A stretch of 64,000 bases of DNA, taken from positions 124,928 through 188,927 of the forward strand of contig NZ_JAWEGM010000001.1 in assembly GCF_032472435.1 (NCBI RefSeq), given 5' to 3'. Shown in pieces: positions 41,683 through 49,172 of the stretch (the first letter of the stretch is position 1; the number at the start of each line of letters is the position of its first letter). Origin of the DNA: Veillonella parvula (GTDB lineage Bacteria; Bacillota; Negativicutes; Veillonellales; Veillonellaceae). The notes beneath the pieces were generated by a model. It saw only the letters and a list, made by a program, of their open reading frames with translations, was not told where the DNA came from and searched no databases. A program made the position numbers and the translations under genes.

Positions 41683-42942
41683 ATGAATAATATATTTTCT
41701 TTTGCTACAGGCGAGTTATCTCAAGATGCTTTTATTTGTTGGTGTCTAAATTGGATTAATGAGCCAGATATTGTAGCTACACATAGATATCGTCAACTTG
41801 GTTTAGATTTACTAGCTAAGTTAATAGATAAGCCATCAAATTGTGATGTTGTGCTATCAAAGGTAGACATCAAATCAATAGATAAAGTAATCTTGGTGCA
41901 GCAGGTTTTAAATATTGATGTGTTAGCTATAATTCCTCAATACAAGTTAGCCATTATCATTGAAGACAAAACAAGCACTAGTGAACATGGTAATCAAATT
42001 AGCTTTTATAAAGATTCTTTAGAAGTTGTGTTTAAATGCCATAAACCTTGGAATGCCTATACTAAATTGGAAAAAGCTTTTAAGTTAGTAGATCTTAATA
42101 TAGAGAATGCCGATTTAGCTAATTATCATATCCATACCGTATACTTCAAGACGGGTTATTACTTTGATTATGATTGGCAAGTAGCTCATAGTGAATCAGT
42201 ATATAATTATCTAACTGGACCTATGTTTTGGGATATTCTAAAAAATTATGATGACTGTGAAAGTGATATTTTAAGAAGTTATTGTGAGCATTTAAAAAAG
42301 CAACTAGATTGGTATCAAATTGTATCTACAATAAATGGACAATATGATGATGGATGTCACTATATAAAATGGGAACGTGTCACACAGCATGGCTTATTAC
42401 AGATTATATTTGATAATGAAAATATAGATGGTTCCTGGTTATGGAAGGATATGAGTATCTATCCGAATCCATATAGTACTGGTACAAATCAGGGCGGTAG
42501 TCCATGGACTAATCGCCGTTTTTGGACTCGAACAGAGTCAGATGCTATTTGGTCTGAGCCACCTAGAAGCTTTAATCCCAGGATATTTTGGCGGATAGAT
42601 CATGATTCAAAAGGAGCGTATTTATCTTTACGATATTATAATAATGATTCTACTAATCAGGGAAAGATAATACGCAAAAGAATATATAGTCAACTTAATA
42701 CTTTGATTAATGATACTGTCACTGATGAGTTAGATCGATTAAATATTACTTATGAAAACTGTGTCGCTCGTCCTCGGCATGGAAATTATTATGAAAACAC
42801 GTTGATTCATATTGGCATTGATAGAGTATTAGATTCTTGGGATGATAATAATGGAGAACCTTTTATAGGTTTAGTTAGAGCTATTGATAATAAGCTTAAA
42901 GAGGTAGTTATATCTTTTGATTGGAAAACCTTTAGGTTATAA
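41683..42942 (+). CDS. PD-(D/E)XK nuclease-family protein (PDDEXK_4-like) with an uncharacterised Trp-rich C-terminal domain
   Basis: N-terminal GELSQDAFICWCLNW. Core NIDVLAI ... LAIIIEDKTSTSEHGNQISFY (D...ExK plus the Q...Y helix). It starts 66 nt after the NTPase gene. GAGG RBS before the ATG at 41683. Confidence 0.65.
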   Translation: MNNIFSFATGELSQDAFICWCLNWINEPDIVATHRYRQLGLDLLAKLIDKPSNCDVVLSKVDIKSIDKVILVQQVLNIDVLAIIPQYKLAIIIEDKTSTSEHGNQISFYKDSLEVVFKCHKPWNAYTKLEKAFKLVDLNIENADLANYHIHTVYFKTGYYFDYDWQVAHSESVYNYLTGPMFWDILKNYDDCESDILRSYCEHLKKQLDWYQIVSTINGQYDDGCHYIKWERVTQHGLLQIIFDNENIDGSWLWKDMSIYPNPYSTGTNQGGSPWTNRRFWTRTESDAIWSEPPRSFNPRIFWRIDHDSKGAYLSLRYYNNDSTNQGKIIRKRIYSQLNTLINDTVTDELDRLNITYENCVARPRHGNYYENTLIHIGIDRVLDSWDDNNGEPFIGLVRAIDNKLKEVVISFDWKTFRL

Positions 42943-42945
42943 AGC

Positions 42946-43096
42946 AAAATAGGGAAAGAAATCCTTAGATTTCTTTCCCTGTTTAGATATGATATAATTT
43001 ATACCCAAGTGAGGCATAAATGGTTTGGTCGCCAGACTTCGCTTCTAGAATTTAATGTTGAAGAAACGGTCTGACATCATGTCAGGCCGTTTCTTC
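42946..43096 (+). repeat. ~150-bp direct repeat, copy A (contains the terminator hairpin 42951-42985, the extended -10 TGaTATAAT at 42990-98 and a long hairpin at 43059-43096)
   Basis: By eye about 80-90 percent identical to 44582-44732. Confidence 0.85.
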
Positions 43097-43113
43097 ATGT
43101 TTAAATGGAGTTA

Positions 43114-44325
43114 TTAGTTGTGTAACTCTCGTTTTCCGTATAATTTCAGGACTATAGCAATAATTGTATTTAACACAAATAGAGCGGCAAAACATTCTAA
43201 AGCAGTAGTATAGCCATATCCTGCTTCGTGAAAGTATGATACGAGCATAGGACCAACGATGCCCGCTAATCCCCAAGCAGTTAGAATACGGCCATGAATA
43301 GTAGAAAGTTGACGTATACCGTAGAGATCCGCAAGATATGCTGGCATACAGGCGAATCCGCCGCCATAGCAGGTGATAATGAGAAGGATTAAAATTTGGA
43401 ATGTTAGCGCGCTATTGGTTTGGGCGAGTAGATAGAATGCGACGATTTCTATAATAAAGAATAGTATGTAAGTTTGTGCTCGTCCAAGGTAATCGGAAAT
43501 AGTAGACCATGCAATACGCCCCCCGCCATTGAAGATACCGATGATACCAACTAGCGATGCAGCTGCTGCAGGTGTCATACCAATGGCTTCCTGCGCCATA
43601 GGGGACGCTAAGGATAGAAGACCTATACCACAGGTAATATTAATAAAGAAAGTCCACCAAAGGGCCCTGAATTGCCAAGTTTTCATAGCATCATTAGCTA
43701 GCATGCCATGGTTATGAACGTACATAGTGGATTTATCTTTCGTAGTTCGCGGTGGTTGTTTCGGTTGAGGTGCTTTCAAATAGAGCGAAGAGGCGCCCAT
43801 AATTACGAGATAGATTACACCGAGGATAATGAAAGTATCCACCAATCCAACCTGAGCTACAAGGTATTGCATAAGAGGCCCTGCAATGAGAGAAGCAAAG
43901 CCAAAACCCATAATAGCTAAACCAGTAGCAAATCCTGGGCGATTTGGAAAGTATTTCACGAGTGTAGAAACTGGTGTTATATAACCAATGCCTAGTCCAA
44001 TGCCACCGATGATGCCGTAGAAGAGATAGAGTAAGGTAAGCTTGTGTATGCTAAGTGCGTAGGCCGTACCCAATAATCCGGTTACCCAGAATAACATAGC
44101 GAGAAGTCCACTTTTCTTAGGACCAATTTTTTCTGCAAAGGATCCAAGAAAGCCCGCAGATAGTCCGAGCATTAAAATGGCTAATGAGAATGTCCATGTT
44201 GTTTGCGATAAAGTAAAACCCATATCTGCCATAATAGGACGTGTGAGTACACTCCATGCATATACGCTACCAATGGATATGTGCAAACCAATGGCTGCTA
44301 ATGCAATAAACCAACGATTTCTCAT
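43114..44325 (-). CDS. MFS transporter, oxalate/formate antiporter (OFA) family
   Basis: N-terminus RWFIALAAIGLHISIGSVYAWSV, typical of OFA-family MFS proteins. 12 predicted TM helices. Confidence 0.85.
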   Translation of the reverse strand: MRNRWFIALAAIGLHISIGSVYAWSVLTRPIMADMGFTLSQTTWTFSLAILMLGLSAGFLGSFAEKIGPKKSGLLAMLFWVTGLLGTAYALSIHKLTLLYLFYGIIGGIGLGIGYITPVSTLVKYFPNRPGFATGLAIMGFGFASLIAGPLMQYLVAQVGLVDTFIILGVIYLVIMGASSLYLKAPQPKQPPRTTKDKSTMYVHNHGMLANDAMKTWQFRALWWTFFINITCGIGLLSLASPMAQEAIGMTPAAAASLVGIIGIFNGGGRIAWSTISDYLGRAQTYILFFIIEIVAFYLLAQTNSALTFQILILLIITCYGGGFACMPAYLADLYGIRQLSTIHGRILTAWGLAGIVGPMLVSYFHEAGYGYTTALECFAALFVLNTIIAIVLKLYGKRELHN

Positions 44326-44394
44326 AAGAAAACTCCTTTCATATAGGTGAGATATTCAGATATAGATAAAGAAGCATTTGTTACGAGAAGGCGA

Positions 44395-44500
44395 TAAAAA
44401 AGACCATCTGAACAAAAGCTTGCCCAGACGGTCGGCTATCACACGATGTGTGCTACTGTGCATGTAGTTAATTCTACGTATCCGTCAGCCCAGTAGGAAT
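44395..44500 (-). promoter_or_regulatory. ZTP (pfl motif) riboswitch with overlapping intrinsic terminator
   Basis: The minus strand reads CUACUGGGCUGACGGAUACGUAGAAUUAACUACAUGCACAGUAG ... GCCGACCGUCUGGGCA. P1 is CUACUG/CAGUAG, P2 is GUAG/CUAC, and the pseudoknot is GACGG/CCGUC followed by the conserved UGGGC. Terminator GACCGUCUG...CAGAUGGUC plus U6 shares the CCGUCUG strand with the aptamer. Confidence 0.75.
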
Positions 44501-44581
44501 ATATTACAAATATAGCAATTGAAAGGACATCTTGTCGGTGATATAAGTCACTATCGTATGCACTATGAGGATTTATAAAAG

Positions 44582-44732
44582 AAAACAAGGAAAGAAATCC
44601 TTAGATTCCTTTCCTTATTTAAATATGATATAATTTATATCAAAGCGAGGCATAAATGGTTTCGACGCCAGACTTCGCTTCTAAAGTAAATATTTGAAGA
44701 AACGGTCTGACTTCTAAGTCGGGCCTTTTTCG
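44582..44732 (+). repeat. ~150-bp direct repeat, copy B (extended -10 TGaTATAAT at 44626-34; terminator hairpin plus T-tract at about 44704-44735)
   Basis: Second copy of 42946-43096. Here the 3' hairpin GGTCTGAC-TTCTAA-GTCGGGCC is followed by TTTTTCGTTTT. Confidence 0.85.
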
Positions 44733-44809
44733 TTTTGTAATTACTATCATAAAAACGAATTAACTATGTTACAATACAATTAATATTAGTGTTTAGTGGG
44801 GAGATATTT

Positions 44810-45406
44810 ATGAAACGTTGTATTATATTACTAAGTTTAGGCTTGTGTCTAGCTGGACCGATGCTTTCACACGCTAACGATATTAGACCTCTAATACATG
44901 TTACGAATGTACATAATGGTCAATATGATGAGGGTTTAGATGCTATTACAGAAACCAAGTTTTTTGGGCCGTATCAGTTCCGTGTATTGAAGGACTCTGT
45001 GGAGACTAAGGGGGAAACTAAAGATATAGATGGGAGAGCCTTTAGAACCTCTGATGGTGTCTTCATGCATGTGAAGGCTAGAACTATTGATAATACAATT
45101 GCGACCTTAGATAATGAGATTGAAAAAATTGTTAAAGATAGAACGGTTCCTGAACCTACTGCAAAGATGGTATTACCTATTAAGTATGATGTAACAGAGG
45201 TCGATAATGATGGTGTGCGTAGTTTACTAGCCGAATTTATGTATGGCTGGCCATTACATAATAGGACGGATATGGTATTAGTTACTGATTATGAAGATAC
45301 TCGTTACTATTATAAGTTGCAGTTTTATAGAGACAAGCTACCAAATGGTGTTCGCATTGAGCAGTTGCGCCAGATGATTATGGATGCGCGGTTTAGTTAT
45401 AAATAA
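44810..45406 (+). CDS. Secreted hypothetical protein
   Basis: Signal peptide MKRCIILLSLGLCLAGPMLSHA. GGGGAG RBS before the ATG at 44810. Confidence 0.6.
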   Translation: MKRCIILLSLGLCLAGPMLSHANDIRPLIHVTNVHNGQYDEGLDAITETKFFGPYQFRVLKDSVETKGETKDIDGRAFRTSDGVFMHVKARTIDNTIATLDNEIEKIVKDRTVPEPTAKMVLPIKYDVTEVDNDGVRSLLAEFMYGWPLHNRTDMVLVTDYEDTRYYYKLQFYRDKLPNGVRIEQLRQMIMDARFSYK

Positions 45407-45497
45407 GGTGTATTTGATCAGACGCCCATATTTGTTTATCCTAATGTATTTAGTCAGTCTGTAATATTTAGCTGAACGGGTATAGTAAAAGTAAATT

Positions 45498-45546
45498 AAA
45501 AAGAGGTTCCTATGAGTCAACTTGTGACCATTAGGAACCTCTTTTA
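45498..45546. terminator. Bidirectional palindromic terminator (AGGTTCCTA...TAGGAACCT family)
   Basis: AAAGAGGTTCCTATGAGTCA ... TGACCATTAGGAACCTCTTTT with T/A tracts on both sides. Confidence 0.8.
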
Positions 45547-46053
45547 TTGTGCAAGAGTTTATATAGTTTTCAAACTATTATAATATGCTTTTACCTAAAG
45601 GAAATATAGTTTTACCGAATACTTTGTTAACAAGTACAGCACCAGAACCATAGAAGCCCAAGAGGGATATGAATAATTCAGACCATGCTGCCATTTCTTA
45701 GTCAACACTGTATCTATTGAATTAATGACATATTTATGTGAAAGTACTATTTCATAAATGTAACATATATCATATTTTTAAGGCAATAGATTTGGAATAG
45801 GAGCTATGCGTAAAATGTATAATGTGAAAAATGAAATAAAATTGAGCAAATAAAAGAAAAACCGTACAAAATAAGAATTCTAAGATTTTAATTCCCGATT
45901 TTGTACGATTTTAAATTATAAATCTCTTATTTATATGAATTTGCTATAGATTATTGACAAGAATTTAGAATATGTCAATGACTATACTCAATATATGAGT
46001 AGTATCTTGAATATGGCTAATCCTATCATAAGGTCCATGAGTAGGTGTATATA

Positions 46054-46713
46054 TTATTTATTCAAGGTTTCAACAATGCTTAGAATATCTTCTGCTTTAC
46101 GAGCAATATGTGTTACGCCTAGTTCTTGATGGAGCGATTCCTCTCTAAAGCCCCATGTAACACCAATGCAAAGTAGGCCGGAGTTTTCTGCAGTAGCTAC
46201 GTCAACTTCAGAGTCACCTACATAAATAGACTCTTCTGGGGTAGAGTTTAAATCCTTCAAGGCTTGTAATACCATGTCTGGTGCTGGTTTACGTTGTAAT
46301 CCTGGTCTTTCACCGATGGCAACAGGTAAGCGATCGCCAAAGTACTCTTTATTGAGTGGTGTTACACCTTCTTGGATTTTGTTAGATACGATAGCTAATT
46401 TATAACCTTGTTCACGCAATACATCAAGCATATCTAGGATGCCTGGGTAAGGAGCCGTTGTGTCTTTTAAATGCTCACCATAGTAAGCTTTGAATTCCTC
46501 AATGTATGGCTCTAATTCGTTATCTGCTACAGAACTTGGTAAACATTGACGCATCAAATAGGTTACTGCATTACCCAGAGCTGCCTTTATCTCTGCTAGA
46601 GATTTTTCAGGGAAGTTATGTGTACGTAGAACATGATTTACGGCGTTGGCTAAATCTGTAGCTGTATTGAGCAATGTGCCGTCGCAATCAAAAACGATGG
46701 TAGTATATTTCAT
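46054..46713 (-). CDS. HAD-superfamily hydrolase (phosphoglycolate phosphatase-like, subfamily IA)
   Basis: Motif I VFDCDGTLLNT, motif II VSNK and motif IV YVGDSEVD. The ATG at 46713 follows GGAGG. Confidence 0.85.
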   Translation of the reverse strand: MKYTTIVFDCDGTLLNTATDLANAVNHVLRTHNFPEKSLAEIKAALGNAVTYLMRQCLPSSVADNELEPYIEEFKAYYGEHLKDTTAPYPGILDMLDVLREQGYKLAIVSNKIQEGVTPLNKEYFGDRLPVAIGERPGLQRKPAPDMVLQALKDLNSTPEESIYVGDSEVDVATAENSGLLCIGVTWGFREESLHQELGVTHIARKAEDILSIVETLNK

Positions 46714-46837
46714 AGGGACCTCCAAATGTAATTATTAACTATTCTATTATATGACAGGCGGAGAAAATTTTCATAAAAAATTGGACTATGTTACAATTAA
46801 CGTACTATAGTTGGGAATTTTAAAATTGGAGAGATAA

Positions 46838-48181
46838 ATGATTCGTAAAACAATAGTATTTTCAGTATATATCAGCTTAATTACTGGTTTAGTAGGGGCT
46901 GTTGATGTTAATATTCCCGGTGCGGATAATAGAATTTCTGCAAATGCTTATGAAAGTTATATACATCATGATTCCTTAATTAGAAATATACAAGAGGAAG
47001 CCTTGAGAGACTTTCAAAAGAGTAAACAGTATGATAAAACTAAGCAGCTATATAGAGATAATGGCCTATCTGAAAAAGAGGCTGAAACAGTCATTCGAGA
47101 AAGCTATGTAGGTCCCCTTAATCTGTATGAGGGGCAAACAGAGGTTATTGATCATAGTGGAAAAGGGATTCGTTTCCTTGTACCTTATATGAGTTATTAT
47201 AAAGTGCAGAAACATAATATAACTGATAAATATATAGGGTATGAACTTTTCTCTCATAATATGACAACAGGCTTAATAGTTGAAAATAAGCAGAATTGGC
47301 AAAGTTCTGATTATATGGGAAAGCCATTTAATTCGATCACGGAAGAGGATTTACGTAAAGATTATAAACGACCTACAAACATAAAAGAGTTTGAATCGAT
47401 TTCTTATAAACCAGAAGATATTCACGGAGCGAGTTTTTCTTATGCTGGTTTAATGGATAGCTATTGGGATTCTTTGTATGCCGAAATTAAGAAAAATAAT
47501 AAAGCTCAATTTTACTCTAATTTAAACTTTGCTTTTGATAATGATTCGACTATTCGATATCATGTAGGTATAACTGAAGCTAAGCGGGATATGGGGCAGG
47601 TAATTAGTCCCATACTGGTTAATTATGTGTTACCATCTATTAAACCTTTAACAGATAGCAATGTATATTCTCATACAACAAAAATAGACGGTGAAAATTT
47701 TATTTATCGTATTCTTAATGATGCAAAAGTTAGTGCTACTTTAGCAGATTTTAAAAGTGGTTTATTTTATAAAAGTCCTTCTGGTATAACACAAACTATC
47801 TTTATAGATTCCATAGCTAAGGAGCGTGGAACTGATTCTATTGCGCTAGCTAGCTTTATGGATGAGGTGATTATGAATGCAGTCCAATCGCCTGAAGACT
47901 TTGTCCATTTCTCTAAACGCATTGTATGGAATGATGGTGTACCAGGTATTTTAGTGGAACAAGAGAAAGCTAATAAAGAGGGTATAATGGTATTTTATAT
48001 TCAGGACGGAACGACAGCTTTAACTAGTATATTGAGTTATAATAGAAATATGTCTTATACTAAAGAACAACTTCGTAATATGATAACTGATGTTAAGTTA
48101 GTTACTATTCCTGAGAAATTCAAGGGCAATGTTGATCTTGCTAATATTGAAGATATAGTTAAAAAACATTTGGAGAAGTAG
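46838..48181 (+). CDS. Secreted hypothetical protein, paralogue of 22719-23927
   Basis: Shares sequence blocks with 22719-23927 (see that feature). Signal peptide. Confidence 0.65.
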   Translation: MIRKTIVFSVYISLITGLVGAVDVNIPGADNRISANAYESYIHHDSLIRNIQEEALRDFQKSKQYDKTKQLYRDNGLSEKEAETVIRESYVGPLNLYEGQTEVIDHSGKGIRFLVPYMSYYKVQKHNITDKYIGYELFSHNMTTGLIVENKQNWQSSDYMGKPFNSITEEDLRKDYKRPTNIKEFESISYKPEDIHGASFSYAGLMDSYWDSLYAEIKKNNKAQFYSNLNFAFDNDSTIRYHVGITEAKRDMGQVISPILVNYVLPSIKPLTDSNVYSHTTKIDGENFIYRILNDAKVSATLADFKSGLFYKSPSGITQTIFIDSIAKERGTDSIALASFMDEVIMNAVQSPEDFVHFSKRIVWNDGVPGILVEQEKANKEGIMVFYIQDGTTALTSILSYNRNMSYTKEQLRNMITDVKLVTIPEKFKGNVDLANIEDIVKKHLEK

Positions 48182-48182
48182 A

Positions 48183-49022
48183 ATGACTGAAATACAAGCT
48201 CTTTTATTGATAAAATCTATTCTTGAATCCGCAGATATTCACGGTATTGAACATATGTTAAGTGAAGATTGTGAGTATCTGTCTACAGGCCGTGGCATCA
48301 TTGGACGAAACCGCAATGAAACTGTTGAGTTTTTGTCCTCTATGACTGAGTCCATCAAGGCTGATAATGTACCTGTTACTTGCAAGGTCATGCATATTAC
48401 TGATGTGTATGAGGAGGATGCGTTATTTCACGAGGGGCGTCATGGTTTAACCGTTTCCTATGAAAGTAACGATAATTACGTGTACATGATTTTTGTAGAC
48501 GTAAATGATGAAGGACTTGTAGATCGTATCGTTTCAAGCCAAGAAAATTATAGTATCGAGTATGATGATCTTCGTTTTGGCACTGATGAAAGCGAATATG
48601 CCTTTATTTCTGCGCCTACTACTGTGAAAGACTGGACTACAGCCCTTAGTATATGGCTTGAAACCGCGAATGTTGATGTAGACGATTTCTATCAATATAT
48701 CGATGAAGACACACGCGTTGTATTCCAAAAAGGCGATGCTGAATCTATAACCCTTGAAAGCGGCCTAGATGTAGAGGATTACTTTGATCAATTAATGAAC
48801 CAACACTTTGATGCGGTGCCTCATATCATTCGCGATGAAGAAGATGGTCTTATTTTAACCTATGGGCCTATGAGTACCATTGCAACCCTCAATGAAGAAG
48901 GCGCATTAGCCCTTATTAGTATCTATATCGATACACGTGACGAAGACGAAGCTACCGATGAAGTTGGTTATATCGAAGAGGACTTAACGAAGGACACTAT
49001 TATTGAAGAGGATCTATATTAG
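48183..49022 (+). CDS. Acidic cytoplasmic hypothetical protein, translationally coupled to 46838-48181
   Basis: Its ATG is 1 nt after the upstream stop. No signal peptide. Asp/Glu-rich. No family recognised. Confidence 0.55.
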   Translation: MTEIQALLLIKSILESADIHGIEHMLSEDCEYLSTGRGIIGRNRNETVEFLSSMTESIKADNVPVTCKVMHITDVYEEDALFHEGRHGLTVSYESNDNYVYMIFVDVNDEGLVDRIVSSQENYSIEYDDLRFGTDESEYAFISAPTTVKDWTTALSIWLETANVDVDDFYQYIDEDTRVVFQKGDAESITLESGLDVEDYFDQLMNQHFDAVPHIIRDEEDGLILTYGPMSTIATLNEEGALALISIYIDTRDEDEATDEVGYIEEDLTKDTIIEEDLY

Positions 49023-49074
49023 TCGATACGACTCTTTTGATAGAGCTAATTTAATTACGATTAATAGATAAAAT

Positions 49075-49165
49075 AAAAACTACCAGTTAAACATATATCT
49101 TTTAAACAGACCTTCTACTATGAAAGGATAAGTCACTAGATATTGTGAATAACTGGTAGTTTTTT
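49075..49165. repeat. Perfect 15-bp inverted repeat (AAAAACTACCAGTTA / TAACTGGTAGTTTTT) with a 60-nt spacer
   Basis: Read directly from the sequence. It lies between convergent genes and could be a long-loop bidirectional terminator. Confidence 0.6.
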
Positions 49166-49172
49166 GTATTAT

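Noticed and set aside
43529-43920. Plus-strand ORFs inside the OFA transporter gene.
   Set aside because: Shadow ORFs opposite a clear 12-TM transporter gene.
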